Source: Candidatus Doudnabacteria bacterium
GTDB lineage: Bacteria; Patescibacteriota; Doudnabacteria; UBA920
DNA: 64,000 nucleotides
Direction: 5' to 3'
Assembly: GCA_003151625.1 (NCBI GenBank)
Contig: PLYC01000020.1
Location: 28,981 to 92,980, forward strand
How positions within the stretch are numbered: position 1 is the stretch's first letter; every line of letters starts with the position of its first letter. Positions 19,014-30,103 of the stretch are shown one piece after another. Under the pieces are notes generated by a model. That model did no database searches. It worked only from the letters and a program-made list of their open reading frames with translations, and was not told the origin of the DNA. A program made the position numbers and the translations under genes.

Positions 19014-19964
19014 ATGAAAAAAACCATATTAATCACAGGGGGCGCGGGTTTTTTGGGTAAAAAGCTGGGACTGTTCCTGAAAGAGAATTACAACGTAGTT
19101 CTGGGCTCGCGGGACAATAAATTAAATTTTTTGGCCGGCCAGGTTACGGGTTGCACGGTAACGCCTTTGGACGTAACCAACATTGAATCTGTCAGGGATG
19201 CGGTTAACGAGTTCAAGCCGGATATAATTATTCATGCCGCGGCCACAAAATTTGTCGACCTTTCGGAAAAATTCCCAATGGAGTGCGTGGATATAAATAT
19301 TTTAGGTTCGCAAAACGTGGCCAGGGTGGCGGTTGATAAAAAAGTCGGGGTGGTAATCGGCATTTCCACGGACAAGGCTTCTCCGCCGGTCCGTAACATT
19401 TACGGAATGTCAAAAGCGGTAATGGAAAGGATTTTTTGTTCAATGAACGAAAAAGCGGAAACAAAATTCGCCTGCGTCCGCTATGGGAACGTGGCATGGT
19501 CTACTGGTTCGGTTTTGCCCATTTGGAGCGAGATGCATAAGAACACTGGAGTCGTTGGCACCACGGGCCCTGAAATGCGCAGGTTCTTTTTTACCGTGGA
19601 TGAAGCGGTGCAACTGGTAAATACGGCATTGGAGAATATAGAAGAAGTTAAAGGGAAAGTTTTGTCTCGGGAAATGAAGTCCGCCCAAATTGAGGATATT
19701 TTAAAAGTTTGGGTAAAGAGCAAGGGCGGCAGGTATGAAAAAATTGTGGGACGCCCGGGGGAGAGGAATGACGAATATTTAATCGGCGAAATTGAACTGC
19801 CGTATACCACGGAAAAAACTTTTAACGGCATTAAGCATTTTATTATCAGCTTTAACCAAAAAGCCAAAAAGCCTTTGGCGCAGGTTTATTCTTCCGCGAA
19901 TGCCAAAAGGCTGAGCGATAAAGAAATACTGCAGTTAATTACTAATATTCCTTCCAATGTTTAA
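19014..19964 (+). CDS. NDP-sugar 4,6-dehydratase (CapD/FnlA/PseB-like)
   Basis: ITGGAGFLG, HAAATK, STDKA, YGMSK, RYGNV, RPGE. Confidence 0.85.
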   Translation: MKKTILITGGAGFLGKKLGLFLKENYNVVLGSRDNKLNFLAGQVTGCTVTPLDVTNIESVRDAVNEFKPDIIIHAAATKFVDLSEKFPMECVDINILGSQNVARVAVDKKVGVVIGISTDKASPPVRNIYGMSKAVMERIFCSMNEKAETKFACVRYGNVAWSTGSVLPIWSEMHKNTGVVGTTGPEMRRFFFTVDEAVQLVNTALENIEEVKGKVLSREMKSAQIEDILKVWVKSKGGRYEKIVGRPGERNDEYLIGEIELPYTTEKTFNGIKHFIISFNQKAKKPLAQVYSSANAKRLSDKEILQLITNIPSNV

Positions 19965-20628
19965 AAATCTTGTGGTAATGGCCGCGGGACGTTCGGTACG
20001 GATGTGGCCGCTTACGGAATATGTTCCCAAAGCCATGGCTTTGGCCGACGGCAAAACTCTTTTGCAGACCACGGTGGAAAAATTCAGCGGGCAGGGAATA
20101 AATATTCATTTGACGGTTGGTTACAAAAGCGAAGTTTTGGCGCCTTACGCGCTTTCGCTTGGCGTAAATACTTTGGTCAATACAAACGGCCAGGGTAATT
20201 CCTGGTGGATTTACAACACTGTCCTTTCGGAATTGAGCGAGCCGATTATGGTTTTGACTTGTGACAGTTTAATGGATATCGATGTTAAAAAGCTGGAAGC
20301 GGATTACAAAAAGTTCGGCGAGCCCGCGTGCATGCTTTTGCCGGTGCATCCCAAAGAGGGGTTTGAAGGCGACTTTATTCATCAGGAGCAGGGGAGAGTG
20401 ACTGCATTGGACCGAAAGCAAAAAACCGACCTATATGGTTCGGGCTGTCAGGTTTTAAACCCCAAGAAAATCGCGGCGCTCACAAAGCCGGCCGACGACT
20501 TTTTGGGCGTTTGGTCCCAGCTTATTGCCCAAAAGCAGCTTTACTGCGCCGGCTTTACGGCGGAAAACTGGTTTACTTTTGACAGCGTGGAGCAGTTGAA
20601 GATTTATAGATCCCAAAAAAATATTTAA
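19957..20628 (+). CDS. Sugar-phosphate nucleotidyltransferase
   Basis: MAAGRSVRMWPLTEYVPKAM. Confidence 0.8.
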   Translation: MFKNLVVMAAGRSVRMWPLTEYVPKAMALADGKTLLQTTVEKFSGQGINIHLTVGYKSEVLAPYALSLGVNTLVNTNGQGNSWWIYNTVLSELSEPIMVLTCDSLMDIDVKKLEADYKKFGEPACMLLPVHPKEGFEGDFIHQEQGRVTALDRKQKTDLYGSGCQVLNPKKIAALTKPADDFLGVWSQLIAQKQLYCAGFTAENWFTFDSVEQLKIYRSQKNI

Positions 20629-20649
20629 CTTACCGTTTGAACCACCGTA

Positions 20650-21591
20650 ATGGACCAATTGCCTTTTTACATTATTACATCCGACGCCACTTCGGGAATT
20701 TTGCCGGCCGCGGGTTATTTATACAACAAGTACTGGCAGCCGGACGGCGGCCAGAAATTTAAAGTCTTGGGGAACCATCCACCTGCACAAAAATTGGCGG
20801 ATAATTTTGAGTTTGTAAAAATCAAAGACGAGAATAACATCCAAAAATGGACGCGGTACATTTACGACTACATTGCCAAAAACAATACGGCTGAATATTT
20901 TGTTTTGGCTTTGGATGACTATTTGCCCAACCAAAAATTGCGCCCGGAAATTTTAAGCGGTTTATTATCTTATGCCAAAAACCATGGGAAAGTCGGGCGT
21001 ATTGAACTAGGGCAATGGGAAGAGTGGAGGTATGAGCCTGTTGAAAAATTGGAAAATTATGAAATTGTGAAATTAAAAAACAACGCGCGGTATCGGACGT
21101 TACAAATAAAACCGAGCGCTAATTACCGGATTTCGCCGCAAATTTCCGTGTGGAACCGGGAATACTTTTTGAAATATTTTAACCATGACTGGACGCCGTG
21201 GCAGCTTGAGCTTACAGGCTCGGAGCTTGCGCGCAACGACGGCTGGGAGGTTATTGCTGCCATAAACGGCAGTCCGTTTGACTGGGTGGCGGAAAGCGCG
21301 CTTTCCGGCCGTTGGCCTGGCATGGTGAATATTTTAGGCATGCCTGGGCAGGATGTTAAGGAATTGATAGATTTAAAATTCTTTGACCCCGCTACGCTCC
21401 AATACGGCATTTGGTACGAATGCAGAATCCCGTTTTTATCCAGGTTTCAGTCAATTTCCAAAAAACTTACCCGCATACCAAAATTTTTAGAAATTGGATA
21501 TGAGTTTGACTGGGATATGATAAGATTATCCGTGAGAAGCAGGACACTGCAGAGGTTGCAGAAACATTACAAAAATGTTTACGAGGAATAA
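20650..21591 (+). CDS. Hypothetical protein, possible GT-A-fold glycosyltransferase
   Basis: FVLALDDY acidic motif, ISVWNREY, WTPWQLE; glycan cluster context. Confidence 0.55.
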   Translation: MDQLPFYIITSDATSGILPAAGYLYNKYWQPDGGQKFKVLGNHPPAQKLADNFEFVKIKDENNIQKWTRYIYDYIAKNNTAEYFVLALDDYLPNQKLRPEILSGLLSYAKNHGKVGRIELGQWEEWRYEPVEKLENYEIVKLKNNARYRTLQIKPSANYRISPQISVWNREYFLKYFNHDWTPWQLELTGSELARNDGWEVIAAINGSPFDWVAESALSGRWPGMVNILGMPGQDVKELIDLKFFDPATLQYGIWYECRIPFLSRFQSISKKLTRIPKFLEIGYEFDWDMIRLSVRSRTLQRLQKHYKNVYEE

Positions 21592-21657
21592 TTTAAAACT
21601 TACGCATCGCGTAGAGGCAAGTCTTAAATCTGAAAAACCGGTAGCTTTATACTCAAC

Positions 21658-23118
21658 ATGACTTTCAACTCCTTAGCATTTTTTATTTTCTTCCCGGTAG
21701 TTACCATTTTTTATTTTTACCTGCCTCACAAGTGGCGCTGGCTTTTTTTGCTTTTGGCCAGCTGCGTGTTTTATATGTTTTTAATTCCGGTTTATATTTT
21801 AATTTTGGCCGGAACCATTGTTATAGACTACATTGCGGGAATTTTAATTGAAAATTCCCGGGGGCATCGCAGAAAAATATTTTTAATAGTTAGTATTATT
21901 TCCAACGTAGGGGTTTTGGGATTTTTTAAATACTTTAATTTTTTTACCTCAAATTTTAACCACGTTGCCTCCCTTGTCCACTGGAATTATTCCCTGCCGC
22001 TTTTGGCCATAATTTTGCCTATTGGGCTGTCTTTCCATACTTTTCAGGCCATGAGCTACACCATCGAAGTTTACCGCGGAAAACAGAAAGCCGAGCGACA
22101 TTTTGGAATTTATGCGCTTTATGTTATGTTTTTTCCGCAGTTGGTGGCCGGGCCCATTGAACGGCCGCAGAATTTATTGCACCAGTTTTATGAGCCGCAC
22201 CAATTTGAATACAAACGGGTAACGGACGGTTTAAAGCGCGTTGGCGTGGGGCTGTTTAAGAAAGTTGTTATAGCCGACAGGCTTGCTGTATTGGTGAATC
22301 ACGTTTACGGCAATGTCCACGCTTACTCGGGACCCTCGTTGGTTTTGGCCGTGATATTTTTTAGCTACCAGATTTATTGCGATTTTTCCGGATACTCCGA
22401 CATTGCCATAGGCACGGCCCAGGTTTTGGGTTTTAATTTAATGGAGAATTTTAAGCGGCCTTATTATTCCAAATCCATTGCCGAATTTTGGCGGCGCTGG
22501 CACATTTCACTTTCCAGCTGGTTTCGGGATTATGTTTATATTCCTTTAGGCGGCAGCCGTGTGTCTTTGGGGAAGTGGGTATTCAATACTTTGGTGGTGT
22601 TTATGCTTTCGGGACTTTGGCACGGCGCCAACTGGACATTTGTTATTTGGGGGGGCCTGCACGGCGCCATGATTGCCCTGTCCAGGATTACAGAACCGCT
22701 TCGCCAGAAAGCCGTAAATTTTTTCCATTTAGCACAAACGGAATTTTATAAAATTTTCCAGATTGGGATAACTTTTTTGCTGGTCAGTCTGGCTTGGATA
22801 CTGTTCCGCGCCAATAGCCTGGGCGACGCGGTTTATGTTTTTACCCATTTGCTCGCGGGGAACTGGAATATTTTTAGTCTGAATCAAGTCAGGCTGCTGC
22901 TTGGGGGAATGGGTTTTACGTTTGACGCATTTTTGCTTAGCATTTGCGCTATTTTGGTTTTGGAACTGGTCCAGCTAAAACAGCGGCAAAATTCTATTTT
23001 AGAAGTTTTGGCCGGACAGCCGGTATGGCTGCGGTGGGGAATATACTACGTGGTGGTTTTGGCGCTGTTATTTTTTGGCGTCCAGGGCGGTTCGAAATTT
23101 ATTTATTTTCAATTTTAA
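21658..23118 (+). CDS. MBOAT O-acyltransferase (AlgI-like), copy 1
   Basis: LPIGLSFHTFQ, FFPQLVAGPIER, DFSGYSDIA, FWRRWHISLS, GLWHGA, FIYFQF end. Confidence 0.93.
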   Translation: MTFNSLAFFIFFPVVTIFYFYLPHKWRWLFLLLASCVFYMFLIPVYILILAGTIVIDYIAGILIENSRGHRRKIFLIVSIISNVGVLGFFKYFNFFTSNFNHVASLVHWNYSLPLLAIILPIGLSFHTFQAMSYTIEVYRGKQKAERHFGIYALYVMFFPQLVAGPIERPQNLLHQFYEPHQFEYKRVTDGLKRVGVGLFKKVVIADRLAVLVNHVYGNVHAYSGPSLVLAVIFFSYQIYCDFSGYSDIAIGTAQVLGFNLMENFKRPYYSKSIAEFWRRWHISLSSWFRDYVYIPLGGSRVSLGKWVFNTLVVFMLSGLWHGANWTFVIWGGLHGAMIALSRITEPLRQKAVNFFHLAQTEFYKIFQIGITFLLVSLAWILFRANSLGDAVYVFTHLLAGNWNIFSLNQVRLLLGGMGFTFDAFLLSICAILVLELVQLKQRQNSILEVLAGQPVWLRWGIYYVVVLALLFFGVQGGSKFIYFQF

Positions 23119-23120
23119 CT

Positions 23121-24215
23121 ATGGCCGAACAGAACCGGGATATTAAAAAATTTGTTACCAGGGCAATTTTATTTGCGTTGCCTTTTTTGCTGGTAATATT
23201 TGCCGAGGTTATATTTTTACCTATTGACGCGTTTACTTTCCGTGTTTGGGAAGCGGCAGAAGTCGGTGCCCTGGGAAAGGCATTGCTTCCCGGGACTTAT
23301 TATCCTACTCTTCATATAATCAAAAATGAAGTGGGGGACTTGGGTCCGCATACCAAATATGCCGTAAAAAGAAACGTGGTTTGGAATACCGACCAATTTG
23401 GTTACCGGACCGAAAATTCTACCACCACGCCTGAAGTTGTTATTGTGGGGGATTCCACCATTGTGGGCACCGGCCTTTCGCAGCCGGATATTCTTTCGGA
23501 AGTTTTACAAAAGAAAACCGGACTCGCTACCTATCCTTTGGCCGCTTCCGGAATAGACCAATTTTTGGCAAGTCCGAGGTTTATTAACCATCCGCCAAAA
23601 GTAGTTGTACTGGCGTCCATAGAACGCAGTATTGTAAATACGCCAATGGCCCCATACTCAGGCCTTAGCGGCAAACTTAAAACATTTGTCAGGGATTTTG
23701 CTCAAACCAAATTTGTGGCGGCTTTGCGTCCGGTTACGATTTTTGTGGACAGACTGCTAAAGCAAAATATGTACCATTATTTTAAAGCCAGAATAGAAAG
23801 CGTAATGGTTCCTTCTTCTTTGCTCGTCTATAACACTCCAAAGCCAATGCTATTTTTGCAGGGCGATGCCGCTAATTTGCCGGTTCCAAACACGGACACC
23901 AACAGGGTTGCCCAAAGCCTCAAGCAGCTTAAAATTTTACTGGCAGCCCGCGGCATCAGGTTTATATTTTTACCGGTTCCCGACAAAGAAGATATTTATT
24001 GGCAATATATGCCGGCAAAAAAGCAGCCGATTTTTTTGCCGCAACTGATAAAGGAGCTTAAGGCCAATGGGGTCGAAGTGGTTGATACCCAGGCAATTTT
24101 TTCCGAGGAGTTAGCCAAAAACCAAACCCAGCTTTACCAGACCGACGACACACACTGGAACGCCGCAGGCGTCGAGCTTACAGCAGAAGCTCTTGCCCGC
24201 ATGTTAAAACCTTAA
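23121..24215 (+). CDS. AlgJ/AlgX-like SGNH O-acetyltransferase
   Basis: N-terminal TM, VGDS, DDTHWN (DxH); ATG at 23121 just after MBOAT stop. Confidence 0.85.
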   Translation: MAEQNRDIKKFVTRAILFALPFLLVIFAEVIFLPIDAFTFRVWEAAEVGALGKALLPGTYYPTLHIIKNEVGDLGPHTKYAVKRNVVWNTDQFGYRTENSTTTPEVVIVGDSTIVGTGLSQPDILSEVLQKKTGLATYPLAASGIDQFLASPRFINHPPKVVVLASIERSIVNTPMAPYSGLSGKLKTFVRDFAQTKFVAALRPVTIFVDRLLKQNMYHYFKARIESVMVPSSLLVYNTPKPMLFLQGDAANLPVPNTDTNRVAQSLKQLKILLAARGIRFIFLPVPDKEDIYWQYMPAKKQPIFLPQLIKELKANGVEVVDTQAIFSEELAKNQTQLYQTDDTHWNAAGVELTAEALARMLKP

Positions 24216-24298
24216 TTCATTCTCAAACGACGCTGTTTATGCTAAAATTTACTATATTATAAGCTAATTGGCTGTGTCGGCTTGTGGAATAAAATAGT

Positions 24299-25840
24299 AT
24301 GGATAGCGCGTCGCTTTCTTATAAGACACTAAAAAATGTCAGTTACAGTTTAGTCGGCTATGTTTGGCCGATAGTCTTTTCCATTTTTGTTACCCCAATA
24401 GTCCTGCATAGGCTAGGGCTGGCAAATTACGGCATTTATGTTTTGGTAAATACGATTATCGGCTTTTTAACCTTGCTCGATTTGGGTCTCGCTTCCGCGC
24501 TTATCAAATACATTGCCGAATATCAGGCGGCCGGCAACGAGGAAGGTTTGAGAAAATTGCTTAACTCGGCCCATACCCTGTATCTTTTCATAGCATTTAT
24601 TGGTTTGGCGGTTTTTCTTTTTTTGGGAAAGTTTTTTTTGCCGATATTTCATATTACCGGCATGACGACTTCCCATATTTTTGTGGTATTTGCTTTGGCT
24701 GGTGCCGCTTTTTTTGTTATTACTTGGGGGTATGTTTACGCCGCTGTGCCGGCGGCTCTTCAGCGTTATGATATTACCACCAAGCTTAGTATGTTCCAGC
24801 TGACATTTTTTAATTTGGGTATGCTGGCGCTGGTGATAATGGGTTTCCAACTCAAAGCTATTATGACTCTGTATTTATTTTTTAATATAATTTTGGTTTT
24901 GGTTTTCCGCTATTATTTTAAACAATTATTGCCCGGGTTTGAGCTGTCTTTTGGCTGGGACCGGAAAGAACTGAAAAAATCTTACAGGTTTGGGGTGTTT
25001 GCCGCAATTACCAATTTATCCGCCACTTCGCTGTTCCAGCTGGACCGTTTTTTAATCCCCATATTTTTGGGACCGGCTTTGCTGACTTACTACACCCTCC
25101 CCGGCAATGTGGCCCAAAAGGTTTCGGGCGTATCGAGCAGCTTAACTCAAGTTCTTTTTCCATTATCCAGTTCTTTGTTCGGCAGCGGAGAACAGGAAAA
25201 AGTCGGCATGGTTTACCGACGCACCGTGCGTAATTTGGCGGTTGTGGCCGCCGCGGGCTCAACCGCTTGCGTGCTTTTTGCCTATCCCATTTTGCTGTTT
25301 TGGCTGGGGCGGGATTTCGCCGACCAGGGCTGGAAAATATTAATTATTTTGGCAGCCACACACTATCTTTTGTCTTTGTATAGTCCGGTATATTTTTGTC
25401 TAATGGGTTTGGGCAAATCCAAGTTTTTAATGTATTTGTCTTTGTTTCTGGCCGTTGTTAATATTGCATTCCTTATAATTTTAGTGCCGCACTACGGAAT
25501 AGTAGGAGCAGCCTGGGCTTATTTGGCCGGCGTTCTGCCCATACCGTTTTTGGCCGCTTGGGTGGAGCAAAAATATTTGGGGCTTAAGGGAATCGCGGCG
25601 TTTTATTTAAAGCTTTACGCGAAGCTGTTTTTTACCGCCGGCGCGGTATATGTTTTGGTCAGGTTTGTACTGATGAAGTTCGCGGTTAGCCTTTACTCGC
25701 TAATGGCTGTTGGCCTGCTTTCGGCTGCGCTTTATTTGCTGTTTTATAAACTGTTTGGTTTTATGGAAACGGAAGACTGGGTACTGCTTAAATCTTTTAT
25801 CCTAAAAATTAAGCAAAAAGTTATTCCTGTAAAAGTTTAA
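24299..25840 (+). CDS. wzx: Wzx flippase
   Basis: RLGLANYGIY, LDLGL, QLDRFLI, YGIVGAAWA; about 14 TM. Confidence 0.88.
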   Translation: MDSASLSYKTLKNVSYSLVGYVWPIVFSIFVTPIVLHRLGLANYGIYVLVNTIIGFLTLLDLGLASALIKYIAEYQAAGNEEGLRKLLNSAHTLYLFIAFIGLAVFLFLGKFFLPIFHITGMTTSHIFVVFALAGAAFFVITWGYVYAAVPAALQRYDITTKLSMFQLTFFNLGMLALVIMGFQLKAIMTLYLFFNIILVLVFRYYFKQLLPGFELSFGWDRKELKKSYRFGVFAAITNLSATSLFQLDRFLIPIFLGPALLTYYTLPGNVAQKVSGVSSSLTQVLFPLSSSLFGSGEQEKVGMVYRRTVRNLAVVAAAGSTACVLFAYPILLFWLGRDFADQGWKILIILAATHYLLSLYSPVYFCLMGLGKSKFLMYLSLFLAVVNIAFLIILVPHYGIVGAAWAYLAGVLPIPFLAAWVEQKYLGLKGIAAFYLKLYAKLFFTAGAVYVLVRFVLMKFAVSLYSLMAVGLLSAALYLLFYKLFGFMETEDWVLLKSFILKIKQKVIPVKV

Positions 25841-25858
25841 TTTAACAAACGTGATTTT

Positions 25859-26851
25859 ATGAAGCTCACAGTCGTTATTCCTGTTTATAACCAGCCGGAA
25901 CTTTGCCGGCAGTGCCTGCGGAGTTTAAAGTCGCAAACTTTCCGCGATTTTGGAATTGTTTTGGTGGACGACGGCGGGAGCAGGGACTATAAAGGTTTAA
26001 TTAAAGAGTTTCCGGAACAGCAAATTAATTATGAGAGAAACGAGAAAAATTTAGGCGCGATTTTAAATATTTTTTACACAATTTTTTATCCCGTGCAAAC
26101 CGAGTACGTTATGTCCATGCACGAAGACGATCTATTGCACCCGAGCTTTTTGGAACGGGCTGTTAATGTGCTGGATACCCATCCGCAGAGCGAGTTTGCG
26201 GGAAGCAAAGGTATTTTTTTTGACGAAGAGGCGGAAGCGTTAAAATTGGCGGCCAAAAACGAATTACCCGTAAAAGTTTCGGAATTTGGTGCAGCGGATT
26301 TTGTCAGGTTTATTTTAGGAGGCAGCCCTTTTATGCTGGGTTCCGCGGTTTATCGAAGTCAGGCATTGCTAACAGCGCCAAAGCCAAATTTGGCAGGCCT
26401 TTCGGTTTCCTGCGACCGCCCGTTTCTGGTAGACTTGATAGGGGATAACACCTGTCTGGTTTTTAATGAACCGATGTTTTACTCCCGAAGGCACGGCAAG
26501 AAGGATATGCGCGGCAAAGACATGGACTGGCAACAAGTATTTGGGCTTTATGAATATTACAGAAGCCGTTTGCCACAGCCGCTTTCGTTAAAAGACCAAA
26601 GATTATTTTTAACCAGTTCCACAAATAATTTACTGCTTTCTTACCGAAGTTTGTTTCCGGACAAACGGCCTTCGCGTTTTTTATATATCGGGGAAGGGAA
26701 GAGGCGTGGCCTTATTAAATTCGACAAGCTTAACTCCAAAGGCAGTTTTGGTTTGCTCTCCATGTGTTTAGGTTCCACATTTTCCTTTTATTTATTAAAA
26801 GCCGTCCAGGGGTTGCGGCAGAAAATTAAACCGAGCCCTTATCAGACATAA
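25859..26851 (+). CDS. Glycosyltransferase family 2
   Basis: TVVIPVYN, VDDGGS, MHEDDL. Confidence 0.88.
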   Translation: MKLTVVIPVYNQPELCRQCLRSLKSQTFRDFGIVLVDDGGSRDYKGLIKEFPEQQINYERNEKNLGAILNIFYTIFYPVQTEYVMSMHEDDLLHPSFLERAVNVLDTHPQSEFAGSKGIFFDEEAEALKLAAKNELPVKVSEFGAADFVRFILGGSPFMLGSAVYRSQALLTAPKPNLAGLSVSCDRPFLVDLIGDNTCLVFNEPMFYSRRHGKKDMRGKDMDWQQVFGLYEYYRSRLPQPLSLKDQRLFLTSSTNNLLLSYRSLFPDKRPSRFLYIGEGKRRGLIKFDKLNSKGSFGLLSMCLGSTFSFYLLKAVQGLRQKIKPSPYQT

Positions 26852-26857
26852 CGATTT

Positions 26858-27778
26858 ATGAATAACCCAACAGCGCATAAATTTATTTGGAGGCTAAAGT
26901 GGTTAAAAAAAAGTTTTTTTCCTTTGTTGGCCGCAGTAATTTTTGATTTTTCCAAACAACCCTGGAGATATATTCTTGACTATCCTGTTTTGCCGGCCAG
27001 TGCCCGCTATTTAAAGTCCGAGTATTATTTGCGTAAATATTTTAAATACCAGGACCAGGGTGATTCCATTTTTGTGGACTTCCACGGTTTGAAATTTAAA
27101 ATTGAAAAAAAGTTTGTCAGTACCCCTGAGCAGTTAAACTGTTTGCTGGTGGAATATTTTGACATTATTTATGCTTCCGAAGTTAGTTTCCCTATACCCG
27201 GGGTAATGCCGGAAGGTCCTTATGAAAAGGATCCAGTAAAGCTTGAACCTGGCGACGTGGTTATTGACGGCGGCGCTAATTTTGGCTACTTTTCATTTTT
27301 TGCCGCAAATAAAATCGGGCCGGGCGGCAAAGTTTACGCCTTTGAACCGATTTCTTACTTGGGTGAGAGTTTGGAAAGCAACAAGGCCCAAAACAAAAAC
27401 GGCAATATTATTACCAGCTGCCGGTATGCCTTAGGCAACTCGCAGGATGACTTGGAATTCAGTTTTTCTTTTGAAAATATCGGCAGCGCATCCGCGTCTT
27501 TTAAAGGCAGTGAAAAAATAAAAGTCAGCCAGACCACCATAGACGACTTTGTGCAAAAAAATTCTTTGGACAAGGTCTCGTTCATAAAAATGGACATAGA
27601 GGGGATGGAGAGGGATGCTTTGGGGGGGGCTTTCTCTACCATTAAGCGCTTCAAGCCAAAATTGGCTATTTGCACCTACCACTATAAGGAAGACAGAGAA
27701 TTGCTCACACAAATTATTAAAGGCATAAGGCCGGATTATAATTTTGCATATTCCGACATGAAACTGTTTGCCCGGTAA
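26858..27778 (+). CDS. FkbM-family methyltransferase
   Basis: VIDGGANFG, AFEP, TTIDDF, FIKMDIEGME, LAICTYH. Confidence 0.9.
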   Translation: MNNPTAHKFIWRLKWLKKSFFPLLAAVIFDFSKQPWRYILDYPVLPASARYLKSEYYLRKYFKYQDQGDSIFVDFHGLKFKIEKKFVSTPEQLNCLLVEYFDIIYASEVSFPIPGVMPEGPYEKDPVKLEPGDVVIDGGANFGYFSFFAANKIGPGGKVYAFEPISYLGESLESNKAQNKNGNIITSCRYALGNSQDDLEFSFSFENIGSASASFKGSEKIKVSQTTIDDFVQKNSLDKVSFIKMDIEGMERDALGGAFSTIKRFKPKLAICTYHYKEDRELLTQIIKGIRPDYNFAYSDMKLFAR

Positions 27779-27804
27779 AAATGTAATTTAGGACGGAAAA
27801 GCCT

Positions 27805-28833
27805 ATGAAAAAAATTGTTATTATTCCGGCAAAAAATGAGGAATGGATATTAGTAAAAACTCTTGAAGCCATGAGCCTTTTTGCCGACCATATTATTGTC
27901 GCCGACGCCAATTCTTGGGATCGCACTAAAGAAATTTGCCTAAAATTCCCAAAAGTTGTTTGGGTGGAAGCGGAAAAGGAATTTTCCACCACCGAAAATC
28001 GCAGGCAAATTTTAATAAACAAAGCCAGGGAATTCGGTTCCGATAACCTGATTTTTGCTTTTGACGCCGATGAAATACCAACGGCCAATATTTTTTTCGA
28101 CCAAAAATTTTGGGAGACGGTAAATAATTTAAAACCCGGCCGGAGTTTGGCTTTGGCCTGGGTCATGCTGTGGAAATCGGCTACTCATTACCGAGTGGAT
28201 AAATCGGTTTGGACCGATAATTATAAACCGGTAATTTTTCGCGACGACGGCAAGACCAATTATGCCCCCGGAAATGTGCACGAAAGCCGAGTGCCTGCAG
28301 GCTTTGACGAAACGGCCGTGAATTACGAGGCGGTAAAAATTTTGCATTACAGTTTTGCGCTTTGGGACAGAATGCTTTCCAAGCAAGCTCATTGGCGGAT
28401 AATGGAGTTTTTAAAAATGGGCCGCAGCCCGCTCAAAATAAATTTTCGTTATGGGATTACCAAAGAAGAAAAAGGCATAAAACTCGCCGCCCTGCCCGAA
28501 ACTTGGGTTGGTGTTTACAAAGAAAAGGGGATAGACGTTAATCATTTTGACGACCGGCAGCTATATTGGTTTGATGTGGAGGTATTGCGCCTGTTTGAAA
28601 AAAATGGCGCGGCACATTTCCGCTGGCTGGATATTTGGGATATAAACTGGGAACAAAAAAGGACAAAAGCTTTGGCGCTGAGTTATGCCGGAGTCCCTAA
28701 AAATCCAATTAAGGATCCAAGAGGAGCGGTAATTAAGTTTTATCATTGGCTGTTAAGGTTGTTGCCCATTGGGACAATCCTTGCCTGGTACAGCTCACTT
28801 AAAGGCGTTTTTACAAGACATGGAAAAGCATAA
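27805..28833 (+). CDS. Glycosyltransferase family 2
   Basis: IIPAKNEE, ADANSWDRT, FDADE, VHE. Confidence 0.85.
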   Translation: MKKIVIIPAKNEEWILVKTLEAMSLFADHIIVADANSWDRTKEICLKFPKVVWVEAEKEFSTTENRRQILINKAREFGSDNLIFAFDADEIPTANIFFDQKFWETVNNLKPGRSLALAWVMLWKSATHYRVDKSVWTDNYKPVIFRDDGKTNYAPGNVHESRVPAGFDETAVNYEAVKILHYSFALWDRMLSKQAHWRIMEFLKMGRSPLKINFRYGITKEEKGIKLAALPETWVGVYKEKGIDVNHFDDRQLYWFDVEVLRLFEKNGAAHFRWLDIWDINWEQKRTKALALSYAGVPKNPIKDPRGAVIKFYHWLLRLLPIGTILAWYSSLKGVFTRHGKA

Positions 28834-30037
28834 TATATTATTTTTTCACGAATCAGGCCTTTTTTACGGCAGTACGGAAAAACTTCTCCAATTATTTGCC
28901 AAACATTTGGCAGGGGGATTTAACGTTTATTTTGCTTACAGTCCAAAATTAGGCGAACAGCAAAAAAGTTTTTTGGGAAATACAGATGTTAAGATGGTGC
29001 CGTTTAGTATTGCCGAAAAACAACAATATGAGCCATATACCCTTTTTGGGATGGAGCCGGATTTAGCAGCCATTATTTTTGACAATCGTATTGAGTGTGT
29101 AATCACAATTGTCTCTGCCCATTATCAATTTCCCATTAACGCAATACCCGCCAGTATTCCGGTAGTTCTTATTTCGCCGTTCGGCCATTGGGCAACTAAC
29201 GGAGCGGTATTTAAAACTTACGTTTCAGGGGTAGAAAATCTTGAACGTTTAAAAAAACGCGGAGTTAAAAGCGCGGAAATGCTGTTTAATCCGTTGGAAG
29301 ATTTTTCTGCGGAAGTTTTACATAAAGAATTGGTAGGGGACAAAGTAGTCTTTGGCAGGATAGGTAGGGGGGATGATCAAATTTTTGACCCCATCGCAGT
29401 TTACGCATTTAAAAAACTAGAAGAAAAGTATGGTGAAAAAGTTAAATATATAGTTGCTAATCCATCGTCTGGCTGGATAAAGTTGGCTAATCAGTTGGGA
29501 ATAAGACAAATGGAGTTCCTGCCGAGGTTAAACGAACAGGAGTTAGCGCAGTTTTACCATAATATAGATATATTCGCGCATGCGCGAAAGGATGGCGAGA
29601 CAATAGGGATTGCCATTGCAGAGGCAATGATGGCCGGCAACCCTATAGTTACACATAAATCCCATTTTCATAATGAGCATTTAAGATTATTGGACGTATC
29701 CTTTGCGCGCTGGTGCGAGGTTGATGATGTTGAGGCTTATTTTAAGAATATGGAATGGTTTGTCGAACACAAAGAAAAAATTAGAGAAATGGGAGCGCTA
29801 GCCCGCAAAAAATCGCTTTCCATTTTTGGCATGGATGTCCAGTTACCCGAGTTCACTAAGACTATTACAGAGGCTTGTAAGAAATGCACGCATTATAATG
29901 GTAAGTGGGCAACGGTCAAAGGTTACGCTAGGCTTTATTGGGAAAATTTTAAAGTTACTCCGTTCAGGATCGGCAAAATGCTGACAAATAAATTTCCCGG
30001 AACATACAAAATATTAAGAAAATTTTATTATGAATAA
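28820..30037 (+). CDS. Glycosyltransferase family 4
   Basis: FGRIGR, GETIGIAIAEAM (Ex7E); ATG at 28820. Confidence 0.85.
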   Translation: MEKHNILFFHESGLFYGSTEKLLQLFAKHLAGGFNVYFAYSPKLGEQQKSFLGNTDVKMVPFSIAEKQQYEPYTLFGMEPDLAAIIFDNRIECVITIVSAHYQFPINAIPASIPVVLISPFGHWATNGAVFKTYVSGVENLERLKKRGVKSAEMLFNPLEDFSAEVLHKELVGDKVVFGRIGRGDDQIFDPIAVYAFKKLEEKYGEKVKYIVANPSSGWIKLANQLGIRQMEFLPRLNEQELAQFYHNIDIFAHARKDGETIGIAIAEAMMAGNPIVTHKSHFHNEHLRLLDVSFARWCEVDDVEAYFKNMEWFVEHKEKIREMGALARKKSLSIFGMDVQLPEFTKTITEACKKCTHYNGKWATVKGYARLYWENFKVTPFRIGKMLTNKFPGTYKILRKFYYE

Positions 30038-30103
30038 GCCCCGCACCACTTTTTTGTTATAATGGTGGCTAGAAGTAAATTTTACAATATAAATTTTATT
30101 AAA

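Noticed and set aside
22944-23120. N-terminal extension of the AlgJ-like ORF given by the ORF track
   Set aside because: Overlaps the MBOAT C-terminus; ATG at 23121 gives a normal TM-anchored start. Similar over-extensions trimmed at 6870, 28769 and 49755
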